Part shown: positions 1-9,187 of the stretch, one piece after another
How the letters are laid out: each line of letters begins with the position of its first letter
Numbering within the stretch: the stretch's first letter is position 1
Virus record (IMG/VR): IMGVR_UViG_3300016476_001398
Location: 1 to 43,579 of that record
From: a virus
Taxonomy: Duplodnaviria; Caudoviricetes
Length of the DNA: 43,579 nucleotides
Direction: 5' to 3' (one strand)
Made by a program: the position numbers and the translations under genes
The notes under the pieces: model-generated
Database searches by the model: none
Told to the model about the DNA's origin: nothing
Seen by the model: the letters and a program-made list of their open reading frames with translations, nothing else

Positions 1-22
1 AATTTTATTTTTAAAAATATAT

Positions 23-54
23 TTTGTTTTTTTTATATTTTTTAATTAAATTTG
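23..54 (+). promoter_or_regulatory. Bacteroidota-type housekeeping promoter (-33 TTTG / -7 TAnnTTTG)
   Basis: TTTG at 23-26, 20-nt spacer, TAAATTTG at 47-54, 24 nt before ATG 79; fits the Bacteroidota consensus TTTG-N19-21-TAnnTTTG. Confidence 0.7.
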
Positions 55-78
55 GCAACATTAAAACAAACGGCATAA

Positions 79-1665
79 ATGAAGTTCAAAGAATTAACTC
101 AAGAACAAATTAATCACGCACACAAAATTTATTCCGACAAAAGCATGAGTTGGGATGAAAGAATGAAGCTTTTACAAGAGTTTTTTGGAAAATCAGAAAG
201 AACTGTAAGAAAGTGGTGCTCTGAAAAACTAAATTTTAAAGAGAAGACAGATCAAGAACCTGAACAGTATGTGAAAGCTAAAGAAAGGCAGTATGATAAA
301 TCTAAAAAAAGATTTATTATAACTTGGGCTCAAAACAACACACCTGTGCATAACTCTTTTTTTGATAACATTAAAATTTACGCTGAGCATATAGGTGCTG
401 ATATTCATGTTATTGCGGGTAGATATAAAAATCCAACTTCTGTTTGGACTGATAAGCAAGAGAAAGAAGAGTGGTGGGATAGTAAAGTTTTGCCTTATCT
501 TGATGCTAATAGACATGATATACATAAATTTGTATCTATATTGTCTGATATAAAAATACAACCTACAGCTGTAAATCCTATGACTGGTATGCAGGGTGTA
601 AGTGGTATAAATTCCTCTATACTAGGAAGTCCAAAAGTTCAATTAGAAATGATACCAGTTTTGGAGGGTTGTGCTCCAAAAATGATGTTAACCACTGGTG
701 CTATAACGAAGAAAAACTATACAGATTCTAAATCTGGAAAAAAAGGAGAATTTCATCACACATTTGGTTTTGTGATTGTTGAAATAAAAGACGAAGAAAT
801 ATTCTTTGTTAGACAAGTTACCGCTGACGATAAAACAGGTAATTTTTCTGATTTATATTACAAAGTGGAAGATGGTCAAGTCTTTAATGTTAAATCTATT
901 TCAGCAATTGTATTAGGCGATTTGCATTACGGACATCATGATGAAGAAGTTTTAGATTCTACTATAGATTTAATGGATGAATTAAAGCCTGATCACGTTG
1001 TATTACATGATGTGTTTGATGGTAATTCTATTAGTCATCATGAAATGAAAGACCCATTTATTCAATATGGAAAAGAGGTAAGTGGAAAAAACGACCTAGC
1101 CAAAGAAATAGATGAAATGCTTGAAGGGTTAAGTAGGTTTAAAGATTTTAAAAATGTTGTAGTTGTTAGAAGTAATCATGATGATTTTTTAGATAGATGG
1201 TTAAAAAATGAAGATTGGAAAAAACAACCTACATTCAAAAACTCTAGATTATATATGAGATTTAGCGACTTGCTTTTAGAACAATACGCAAAAGACCCTT
1301 ATAATGTAAAAGGTATAATTCCAGCCATAATAAATGAAAAGTTTCCTAAGTTTAAAACATTAGGAAGAAGCTCTTCTTATAAAGTAAAAGGTTGGGAGTT
1401 AGGGCAACATGGAGATTTAGGTTCAAGCGGAAGTAGAGGATCTTTACATCAATTTAGACAATTAAACACAAAAGTTATAGTGGGTCATTACCATAAACCA
1501 GAAAGAAAAGATGGTGCAATGTCTGTAGGTACAACAACTAAACTTAGAGTTGGATACAACAAAGGGGCTAGTGCGTGGTTGCAATCACACGTTATCATTC
1601 ATAATGATGGTAGAGCGCAACATATAAATTTCATAAACGGGGAATTCTCAACTTTTAAAAGATAA
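79..1665 (+). CDS. A1: T5 A1-like metallophosphoesterase-fold nuclease with N-terminal HTH-like segment
   Basis: Motifs collinear with phage T5 A1 as I recall it: RFIITWAQNNT, PTAVNPMTG, TTGAITKKNY, GKKGEFHHTFG, FFVRQ, then phosphoesterase motifs GDLH, LHD, SNHD, QHG, GSRG, GHYH, GYNKGASAWLQSH. Confidence 0.85.
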   Translation: MKFKELTQEQINHAHKIYSDKSMSWDERMKLLQEFFGKSERTVRKWCSEKLNFKEKTDQEPEQYVKAKERQYDKSKKRFIITWAQNNTPVHNSFFDNIKIYAEHIGADIHVIAGRYKNPTSVWTDKQEKEEWWDSKVLPYLDANRHDIHKFVSILSDIKIQPTAVNPMTGMQGVSGINSSILGSPKVQLEMIPVLEGCAPKMMLTTGAITKKNYTDSKSGKKGEFHHTFGFVIVEIKDEEIFFVRQVTADDKTGNFSDLYYKVEDGQVFNVKSISAIVLGDLHYGHHDEEVLDSTIDLMDELKPDHVVLHDVFDGNSISHHEMKDPFIQYGKEVSGKNDLAKEIDEMLEGLSRFKDFKNVVVVRSNHDDFLDRWLKNEDWKKQPTFKNSRLYMRFSDLLLEQYAKDPYNVKGIIPAIINEKFPKFKTLGRSSSYKVKGWELGQHGDLGSSGSRGSLHQFRQLNTKVIVGHYHKPERKDGAMSVGTTTKLRVGYNKGASAWLQSHVIIHNDGRAQHINFINGEFSTFKR

Positions 1666-1669
1666 AAAA

Positions 1670-2431
1670 ATGAAAACAATTGGAATAAACATAGACGGAA
1701 TAATCAGAGATTCCTTTAATAAATTTGACTCTCAATATAGAAAAGTTTTTATTCACAATCCATGTTTGGTTGCTATGAATGAAAGTGATATGACTATGAG
1801 AGAGTTTACTGAAGCTGAAATGGATGAGATTGATAGGAAAATAGAAGAAAAGGAATCGGAAATGCTAACTCTTCCTATGGACTCTTCAGATTTTCTAAAT
1901 CATTATAAGTTTGAGCAAAAAGAAATCTCTATGACAGTAGAAGATAATATAGAGTTCAAAGGCGAAACTTATACAGACTCGCTTCAGAATAATATTGTAA
2001 TCACCCCAGAAGAAGCTTTGCAGAATTTTATGTATGAAGATTACGCACTTCAAATATTCGGACAAACAGAAGAAGCTTGTAATAATGCTATGGAGGTTGT
2101 AAACAAAATTCAAGCAGAGGGTTTAAGATCTGGAAATTTCAAAGTAGTTTTACTTACTACATGTAAAAGAAAAGCAGTTCCTGCAACATATTCTTTTTTG
2201 GCTTTAAAAAATTGTAGAGTTAAAAGTTTGATTTTTTTAAATGAAGATTATGAAAAATGGGATTATTGCGACATTTTAATAGATGTAATGCCAGAGTCTT
2301 TCCAGACAAAACCAAGTGGTAAAACTTCTATAAAGATAAATCAAGAATTTAACAAATGGGATGAGGCAGATTACTCATTTGATAATATAAGAGAATTATA
2401 TAATAGCCCAACTATTCAATTATTATTCTAA
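1670..2431 (+). CDS. HAD-superfamily 5'(3')-deoxyribonucleotidase (NT5C)-like protein, degenerate active site
   Basis: N-terminal IGINIDGIIRD (HAD motif I, DxDG changed to NxDG), motif II LLTT, motif IV-like K...CDILID, C-terminal FN..W. Confidence 0.6.
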   Translation: MKTIGINIDGIIRDSFNKFDSQYRKVFIHNPCLVAMNESDMTMREFTEAEMDEIDRKIEEKESEMLTLPMDSSDFLNHYKFEQKEISMTVEDNIEFKGETYTDSLQNNIVITPEEALQNFMYEDYALQIFGQTEEACNNAMEVVNKIQAEGLRSGNFKVVLLTTCKRKAVPATYSFLALKNCRVKSLIFLNEDYEKWDYCDILIDVMPESFQTKPSGKTSIKINQEFNKWDEADYSFDNIRELYNSPTIQLLF

Positions 2432-2451
2432 AACAAACAAACAAAAAAAAG

Positions 2452-2490
2452 AAAAGCCGATTATTTAAATAGTCGGCTTTTTTATTTTTT
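2452..2490 (+). terminator. Intrinsic terminator after the A1/HAD operon (possibly bidirectional)
   Basis: AAAAGCCGATTATTT / AAATAGTCGGCTTTT stem with one wobble pair, followed by a T run and preceded by an A run. Confidence 0.85.
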
Positions 2491-2559
2491 TTAAAAAACT
2501 ATTTACTTTTTTTTCTTCGACACATATATTTAATTCGAATTAACTGAATAAAAAAAAAT

Positions 2560-3783
2560 ATGGAAAGAGAAACAGCAACCGTAGCAGTTGATGACGCAAA
2601 GTTAAGTCATAACGAAACTATTGACTTAGCTATCAATAAGCTTAAAAATAATGATTTTAGAGTTTATTTCTATTGTCCTCCTGTTAATTTTGCAAGTGGT
2701 GGTATGGGTACATTACTTAGGCTTGCAAAAAACCTTAAAGAAGATGGTTTTAATGTTAAACTGATTTATCAGCCAAGATTAGACCAAAGAGCTTCTTATG
2801 AGGATTCTATGAAAGAGTCTCAAAAACAAAAAAAACAAGTTCAAATAAATGTTTTTGAAAAGTTTGAACCTACTTGGATGGATTTCAGTATTGATGGTAT
2901 TGAAATTATTCCTTTAGGAGAGGGTGAAATTATATTTAATGACGCAAACAGAACTAAAGTACAAGCACAACCACTTTCTGTTCTTCCAGAGGATTTACTT
3001 ATTATTCCAGAAGGATTTCCAGATGTTATGCAAAAAACAATGCAAACAGCTTGTAAGAGAATTGTTCTTGCTCAGAGTTGGTTTTATGTATTAAATGCTA
3101 TGCAACCAGGTCAAAGCTGGCAACATTTCGGTATCCAAGATGTAATTTCTGTTTCTGATGCAATTACAGAATATTTAGATTCAACTATGCCTGGTTTGAG
3201 AATCAAAAATGTTAAACAAGGTATAAATAGAGAGTTGTTTAAAGCTCCTGAGAAGTTGTCTAAAAAAGCACCTGTTGTTGTTTATAGTGCAAATAGAGGC
3301 CAAGAAAACAAGTTAAAAACAATCAATCTAATTAAAAACTTCTATATGTTTTATCCTCACTTAAGATGGGTAAGATTCGTAGAGCTTGCAAATATGTCTA
3401 GAGAAGAGTTTGCAGATAGATTATCTTCTAGTGCATTTGCTTTGTATACAGATGATATTGCTGGATTTGGAACTTTACCTTTAGAGGCTATGGCTTGTGG
3501 TACTCATGTTGTTGGATGGGCTTCTTTTGGGGGTAAAGAATATATGAATGAAAATAATGGTTTTTGGACAAACAACGGAGAAATTTTCCAAACTGCAGAA
3601 ATTTTAGGTGTAGCAATCGAAAAATGGTTAAACGGAGAATTAGACACACCTACAATCCAAGAATCATATGAAGAGACCTTGTCTCACTATACTCTAGAAG
3701 GAGAAAGAAGTCAATTTTTAAATGTTATTAACGAATATAAAAACGAAAGAATCAATGAACTTGAAGGAATCAAAACAAGGTAA
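2560..3783 (+). CDS. GT-B fold (GT4-like) glycosyltransferase
   Basis: N-terminal ASGGMG loop, IIPE, C-terminal GFGTLPLEAMACGTHVVG donor-binding motif. Confidence 0.85.
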   Translation: MERETATVAVDDAKLSHNETIDLAINKLKNNDFRVYFYCPPVNFASGGMGTLLRLAKNLKEDGFNVKLIYQPRLDQRASYEDSMKESQKQKKQVQINVFEKFEPTWMDFSIDGIEIIPLGEGEIIFNDANRTKVQAQPLSVLPEDLLIIPEGFPDVMQKTMQTACKRIVLAQSWFYVLNAMQPGQSWQHFGIQDVISVSDAITEYLDSTMPGLRIKNVKQGINRELFKAPEKLSKKAPVVVYSANRGQENKLKTINLIKNFYMFYPHLRWVRFVELANMSREEFADRLSSSAFALYTDDIAGFGTLPLEAMACGTHVVGWASFGGKEYMNENNGFWTNNGEIFQTAEILGVAIEKWLNGELDTPTIQESYEETLSHYTLEGERSQFLNVINEYKNERINELEGIKTR

Positions 3784-4687
3784 ATATCTGGTAGGTATCT
3801 ACATTGACAAAATTGAAAAAAATAGCAATCTTGCATCTTGTCTATATAGCATAGCAAATCAAACAATTCCAGTTGACTTAGTTGTTTATACTAACGGATT
3901 AACTACGGATGAAATTTTAGATTTGAAAAAATTAGCAGAAAAACCTTATGTTGGGTTCTTTGAAAAAAATGAACAAGGTCATATAGAAGAAAAAAGAGTT
4001 GATTCAGAAAAAAGCGTGAATTGTGTTTTTGTAGAAACTCCTACTATTAATTTCTCTAAAATTTTTAATAAAACTTTTAATTTAGCTCTTGAAAATGGTT
4101 ATGAAGGCATTTCAATTGCTGAACCAGAAGATGGTTACTCTGTAAAGTGGTTTGAGATTGCAGATATATACATGCAAGAGAATGAAGATATTTCTATTTT
4201 TACTCCTATCATTAGAAATATGGCAAATGGTGCTTTTTCAGGTGTTATGAATGAATCTCCTTGGGTTGAAGGTATGTCTGAAGAAGCGGGTAAATTTGAT
4301 CTTAATTTATTGCAAAGATTTAATTGCGCAAATCCATTAGGAGCAGTATATAGAGTTAGTTCTATTGATGAATATGCAGAAAAGCAAGATGGTGAATCAA
4401 AACCTATGAAAGAAAGTATAAAACTTAGTCATTATTATGAATTCTTTTTAAGAATGATTTATGACGATGTTAAGATTATGACTATTCCTAGGATAGGCTA
4501 CGAGCTTAAACTTTCAAATAAAGATTATTTTACAGACTCAAGTTGTAAAGTGCCTCAAAATTTAGCTATTTTACCTGAAGATAAAGGAGGTTTAAGTTCA
4601 GAAGAAGCTAGATTTTGGTTTGAGCTTGCTAAAAAAGAGTTTTTCTACGACGAAGATAGAAACAAGACTTATGAATTATCTGCATAA
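3755..4687 (+). CDS. GT-A fold (GT2-like) glycosyltransferase-like protein
   Basis: LASCLYSIANQT, degenerate DxD region (IAEPEDGY), GAVYR, YYEFFLRM, IPRIGY; ATG 3755 preferred over the track start 3722. Confidence 0.65.
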   Translation: MNLKESKQGKYLVGIYIDKIEKNSNLASCLYSIANQTIPVDLVVYTNGLTTDEILDLKKLAEKPYVGFFEKNEQGHIEEKRVDSEKSVNCVFVETPTINFSKIFNKTFNLALENGYEGISIAEPEDGYSVKWFEIADIYMQENEDISIFTPIIRNMANGAFSGVMNESPWVEGMSEEAGKFDLNLLQRFNCANPLGAVYRVSSIDEYAEKQDGESKPMKESIKLSHYYEFFLRMIYDDVKIMTIPRIGYELKLSNKDYFTDSSCKVPQNLAILPEDKGGLSSEEARFWFELAKKEFFYDEDRNKTYELSA

Positions 4688-5717
4688 TGAAAACGCAAAA
4701 GATAATTTAAATCTAAATGAAAATTTTCACAATAACGAGCGGGATATAAAAAATCCCGCTTCTAGTTATGAGTCAGTTTCAAACGATTTAAATGATGTCT
4801 CGAATAAGGATAAAGTCGAGACAAAATCCGCTGTGTCTTCAAGTGCTGATTCTGTAACTGATTTAGAAATTCTAGAATTAGAAAAAAAGAAAAAAATTTA
4901 TTGGTCTGAAGACACAGAAAAAGCTGTAGTTGAGTTTTTAAATAATGATTGTAATTACTTTCAAGTAAAATTAGATAAATATTTTGACGAGTGTAAAAAG
5001 AAGAAGGCAGATCCAGATATAGAATATGTAGACCATCTTCAAGAAAAATATGAATGGGCTTGTTCTTCTGAGATAATGTTTAAAAAAGAGCTTATATACA
5101 AAAAAAGAATACACAAGCCATTAAATAGATTAATCGAAAACATTATATTCAACTTTAAACTTTTTAGACCTGGTGTTGACATAAAAACAATACAATCGGA
5201 TTGCTTATCTTTTGTTTATGGAAAGTTTGCAAATTTTAATCCAGAAAATAATACAAAATCATTCTCTTTTTTTGGAACTATTGCAAAACATTATTTAATG
5301 GGTGAGAAAAAAGATATTGATAAAAGTCAACAAATTAATTTAGATTACGATGATCACAAAGAAGAGGCAGATAGAAGAGATGTTGTTGAGCTCGGAGAAA
5401 AAAGTGATTTAGATACTTCTTTTAGTTTGTTTTCTTATGTAATAGAAAACTTGGAGTTTGAAATAGAAAGAAAATTAAACAATCCAGACGAAAAAAAAGG
5501 TTTATCTGAAAATGATTTAAAAGTAGCGGACGCAATCGTTCAAATATTTAAAAGTCACGAATTGTTAGGGGCTTACAATAAAAATCATGTTTATCACTTA
5601 ATTAAAGAATATACAGGATTGCAAACAAAAGACATTACTTACTCACTAGCTAGATTTAGAGTTTTTTATAGACTACTTAAACAAGATTTTATAAAAGAAA
5701 GTCAAAACGAAGATTAA
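4671..5717 (+). CDS. Phage sigma factor, T4 gp55-like (probable late sigma)
   Basis: YWSEDTEKAVVEF, LIENII, and region-2-like KFANFNPENNTKSFSFFGTIAKHYL; C-terminal helical HTH-like segment; start uncertain (ATG 4671 or GTG 4833). Confidence 0.65.
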   Translation: MNYLHNENAKDNLNLNENFHNNERDIKNPASSYESVSNDLNDVSNKDKVETKSAVSSSADSVTDLEILELEKKKKIYWSEDTEKAVVEFLNNDCNYFQVKLDKYFDECKKKKADPDIEYVDHLQEKYEWACSSEIMFKKELIYKKRIHKPLNRLIENIIFNFKLFRPGVDIKTIQSDCLSFVYGKFANFNPENNTKSFSFFGTIAKHYLMGEKKDIDKSQQINLDYDDHKEEADRRDVVELGEKSDLDTSFSLFSYVIENLEFEIERKLNNPDEKKGLSENDLKVADAIVQIFKSHELLGAYNKNHVYHLIKEYTGLQTKDITYSLARFRVFYRLLKQDFIKESQNED

Positions 5718-5718
5718 T

Positions 5719-5753
5719 AAAAAAAGCAGTATCTATTATAGAGCTGCTTTTTT
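5719..5753 (+). terminator. Intrinsic terminator after the sigma gene
   Basis: AAAAAAGCAG-TATCTATTATAGAG-CTGCTTTTTT hairpin with A and T tails. Confidence 0.8.
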
Positions 5754-5772
5754 GATATTTTTTTGAATAAAC

Positions 5773-5784
5773 TATTTATAAATA
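5773..5784 (+). promoter_or_regulatory. Putative late promoter TATTTATA (within palindrome TATTTATAAATA)
   Basis: Octamer ends 10 nt before ATG 5791; same motif precedes ten other gene starts. Confidence 0.6.
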
Positions 5785-5790
5785 AAAACC

Positions 5791-6168
5791 ATGGCAAAAG
5801 AAATTAAAATGAATGAAGATTCTTATTTAATGTTATTAAATAAGGTTTTGACAAACAAAGAAGAAGAGAGAGAGTTGGCGCTTGATAGATATAGAAAAGC
5901 TGATGAAAAAATGGAAACGAATGACCATTTTGTTGTAATGGGTAAAAATGCAGTTTCTTATTTAAGATTAGCATCGGACACGACAAATGATTTATTTAAT
6001 GTTGCTAAAGAAATCAAAAGTGTTATTTATAAAGATGATGTTCAGTCTAGTTCTTCTTTACCTGTAAATGACGAAACGATGAAAATGTTAATCGATAAAA
6101 TAAAAGAACAAGAAGATTCTGATTTTAGCGATGATGACAAAAATCAACTATTAGACGATAATAATTAA
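5791..6168 (+). CDS. Hypothetical helical protein, first gene of the late module
   Basis: 125-aa ORF with A-rich leader and acidic C-terminus. Confidence 0.75.
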   Translation: MAKEIKMNEDSYLMLLNKVLTNKEEERELALDRYRKADEKMETNDHFVVMGKNAVSYLRLASDTTNDLFNVAKEIKSVIYKDDVQSSSSLPVNDETMKMLIDKIKEQEDSDFSDDDKNQLLDDNN

Positions 6169-6178
6169 TACATAAAAT

Positions 6179-7531
6179 ATGCCAACAACAATAAATCAAG
6201 ATAGTTATTTTGCACCTGCATTAACTGAATTGCAAAGTGAGCTTACTGCAAAGATAGGTTCAATGAAAAGTTTATTGGCGTTACCTAAAATAAAAGCACT
6301 AAAAATCCCAAAAGATCAACAAATATCTGCTGTAGATTACTTGTTTAAAGTTTTAGATGTTTTAGGTATAGATGGCAAAGAAGTCTTGAATAGGTTTTTA
6401 TTTCAGGTGTTAGATGAACAAAGTGAAAAATTAGAAAAATTCACACTAGAAGCTATCGCAAACTCATTTGCTGTTAGTAGAATACAATTATCTCCATATG
6501 TTTTTAATTCAGCTGCAACACAATCAGAAGTGGCGTTTTATAAAGAGGAAAATTATAAATATTTAGACAATCTATTTCCAAATACTTTTTTAGATTTAGC
6601 CAAACAAAAAATGGTTAATAAGTTGATGATTATGATTTTTGGTCCTAAAGAAGGTCCAGTAGCAGAAGCTTTAGTTCCAGATTTGGCAGAGAGAGAAGTG
6701 TTAGTTAGTAATGCTGTATGTGGTATAGGTATGTTCGCCATATCAAATGATCCACAAATAAAAGATTCAGATGTTGAATATACTAGAATAAAAAGAAGAC
6801 AAGAGCTTGAAAAAGGTCAGGTGGTTTATGAAATATCTTGTCAAGATGTAAAAATAACACTACCTGCAGATCCGAATATCATCTTCCAGGGTGGCGGAGT
6901 AAATACACAAGCACAACAACTACCCTTAACGCCATTTCAGTCTATACAGTGGGTAAATGAATATGTGGTTTCGCAAGTTCAAAAAATAAACAACGAAAAA
7001 AACGCTCAAAAAGGAGGAAAAACTTTTTTAAGAATATTAGTTGATTCTATAATTACATTTATGACATCACTAATTCAACCTTTATTGCCTAGTGTTTTTA
7101 CTACAATAGAAAACGCAATAAACTCTAACAATAATTTAAGTACTCCAGCATCTTTACCTAGTACGGGTTTTGTTTTTGATTTATGTCAAATAAATAACTT
7201 AGAAAACTCTTCTGTACCTGAAGATGAAAAAAATAGAAGAAAAGAATTTATAAGATCTCTTTTAAATTCATTGCTTAAAGACTTAATAAAGCTTTTACTT
7301 GCTTATACAATAAAAAGATTAAAGAAATTTCTTAAAGCTTATTTTGCTAAATCCGCTGAGGAAAAAATGAAAAGAAGAGCTGATAGATTAAAGCGTAAAT
7401 ATGAAGCTGTTTTAAGATTCCAACAAAAATTAAATAAAAATTTAGCTAAAATAGAAGAGGCTAAGAAAAAGATTGAAACTTATAACGCAGCTGTTGATGC
7501 TCTATCTTCTTTAATAAATAAAGCTATATAG
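6179..7531 (+). CDS. Hypothetical protein with basic C-terminal coiled coil (probable virion/baseplate-associated)
   Basis: 450-aa ORF in the operon upstream of the spike gene. Confidence 0.7.
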   Translation: MPTTINQDSYFAPALTELQSELTAKIGSMKSLLALPKIKALKIPKDQQISAVDYLFKVLDVLGIDGKEVLNRFLFQVLDEQSEKLEKFTLEAIANSFAVSRIQLSPYVFNSAATQSEVAFYKEENYKYLDNLFPNTFLDLAKQKMVNKLMIMIFGPKEGPVAEALVPDLAEREVLVSNAVCGIGMFAISNDPQIKDSDVEYTRIKRRQELEKGQVVYEISCQDVKITLPADPNIIFQGGGVNTQAQQLPLTPFQSIQWVNEYVVSQVQKINNEKNAQKGGKTFLRILVDSIITFMTSLIQPLLPSVFTTIENAINSNNNLSTPASLPSTGFVFDLCQINNLENSSVPEDEKNRRKEFIRSLLNSLLKDLIKLLLAYTIKRLKKFLKAYFAKSAEEKMKRRADRLKRKYEAVLRFQQKLNKNLAKIEEAKKKIETYNAAVDALSSLINKAI

Positions 7532-7534
7532 ATT

Positions 7535-7951
7535 ATGGAAAAAATACCAGTTAGTGATAGTCTTAATGTCTCAGAAGAGATAGCGACTTTTTTTATGTTC
7601 TTATTTCAGAATGATAGACCAGAAATGCCAAGAATGTCTTTAGCTGAAATTGCTCAAGCAAAGATGAGACCAGGTTTAGATTCAGATGTTTTAGCTACGT
7701 CTGTAATAGGCAGATTTCCAGAAATTGGTATACCTGTTGGACCTTTAGTTGGTGGTTCGCCAAATGTAATGGAAAATTTTGTACGTATATTATGTGATGA
7801 AATTGTATCAGCAATTCAAAACGATATGAGAGTAGATATAGCTTTAGACCCTGGAGCTGTTGTTACCGCTACTGGTGGTAACGCTGGAGGTCCAGTTCAG
7901 GTAGTCGGTTCTACAACAGCTCTCCATACAGGTGTAGGTGTAGGTTCTTAA
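7535..7951 (+). CDS. Hypothetical baseplate/spike-associated protein
   Basis: 138-aa ORF; Gly/Val-rich beta-type C-terminus (GGNAGGPVQVVGST); context. Confidence 0.65.
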   Translation: MEKIPVSDSLNVSEEIATFFMFLFQNDRPEMPRMSLAEIAQAKMRPGLDSDVLATSVIGRFPEIGIPVGPLVGGSPNVMENFVRILCDEIVSAIQNDMRVDIALDPGAVVTATGGNAGGPVQVVGSTTALHTGVGVGS

Positions 7952-7968
7952 TTTAAATCTATAGCATT

Positions 7969-8190
7969 ATGAAAAAAACAAAAAATCAATTAATACAAGA
8001 AGCTAATGAGGTTGCCACCACACATCAATTTAAAAAAGATGTTATAGAAAAAATGCTAAATGACCTAGATCAAAACAAGCAACTTTCAGAAGCGCACCTA
8101 GAAGGTATGTCTATAATTCAGGGATTACTTGAAGAATTAGATGATTTGGAAAAAAAATATGAGGAAATAAAAAAACAAATAAAAAGTTAA
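7969..8190 (+). CDS. Small coiled-coil hypothetical protein
   Basis: 73-aa ORF tightly packed in the operon. Confidence 0.7.
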   Translation: MKKTKNQLIQEANEVATTHQFKKDVIEKMLNDLDQNKQLSEAHLEGMSIIQGLLEELDDLEKKYEEIKKQIKS

Positions 8191-8191
8191 A

Positions 8192-9187
8192 ATGGCTGGA
8201 TTTAATGACTTAGCATCTTCTATATTACAAATGAATAACCAAGGAAATTTATCTTCCTCTGGAAATAATTCTGCTAGAAATGTTTATCCTGCAATGGTAA
8301 CCAACGTAGATGACCCTACTCAACAAAACAGGATACAAGCTAGGATTATTACATTAGATAATGAAGGTAAAATTTTTGGAGGTAAAGATAGAGATAAATT
8401 TAATGATAATTTACCTTGGTGCTTACCTTTAGTTCCTGAGTTTTTTCATGTTAGACCAATACCAGAACAAAAAGATGAAACTGGCAAGATAATAGTTCAA
8501 GGTGAAATGGTTTGGGTTATACTAGAAAACCCTTCTGATGAATCAGCTGCTAGATATTGGGTTGGACCAATTATATCTTCACAATTAAAATTAAAATTTC
8601 AATCTTATTCAGAAGCATTAAAAATAGCTGATTTAACCCCTTTTGGTGTAAATCCAAACACAAACAATGATTTTAAGGTAGATGCATTACTTCCAGGTTC
8701 GGCAGATGTAGCTGTGCAAGGGAGGGATGATTCAGATTTAATATTAAAACCTAGACAAGCAATATTAACAGCTGGTAAGTTTTTACCAAACTCTATAACA
8801 CCAAACACTAAAAACCCTTCAACATTAAAATTAATTCAGTTTGATAATAATCAAACTGGCCCTCTTACTTCATATTCTCAAGCAAACATAAATTCTACTA
8901 ATATAAACATCTACTCCCCTATTGGTAAGTTTAGAGAGAAAAGCATGGAAAAGTTTGAGAAAAGTGAAAATTTAAAATCTTTTGGAGAATTAGCAAATTC
9001 ACTTCACCCAGCTGTTTTTGGAGATGAGCTGGTTAAGTTATTAGATTTATTAATAAAAGTTGTACTAACTCACATACATACTCCTCAAAGCCCTTTGGTC
9101 ACAACTCCTCAATCAGTAGAATTACAATCTTATAATATAAATGGAAAACTTCAAAATATAATATCAAATGTTGTAAGAATTAACTAG
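8192..9187 (+). CDS. Baseplate central spike, T4 gp5 / P2 gpV-like (OB fold plus HxH tip)
   Basis: AMVTNVDDPTQQNRIQARI...LPWCLPL...P...GEMVWV OB-fold signature; C-terminal THIHT metal-binding apex motif; no lysozyme domain evident. Confidence 0.8.
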   Translation: MAGFNDLASSILQMNNQGNLSSSGNNSARNVYPAMVTNVDDPTQQNRIQARIITLDNEGKIFGGKDRDKFNDNLPWCLPLVPEFFHVRPIPEQKDETGKIIVQGEMVWVILENPSDESAARYWVGPIISSQLKLKFQSYSEALKIADLTPFGVNPNTNNDFKVDALLPGSADVAVQGRDDSDLILKPRQAILTAGKFLPNSITPNTKNPSTLKLIQFDNNQTGPLTSYSQANINSTNINIYSPIGKFREKSMEKFEKSENLKSFGELANSLHPAVFGDELVKLLDLLIKVVLTHIHTPQSPLVTTPQSVELQSYNINGKLQNIISNVVRIN

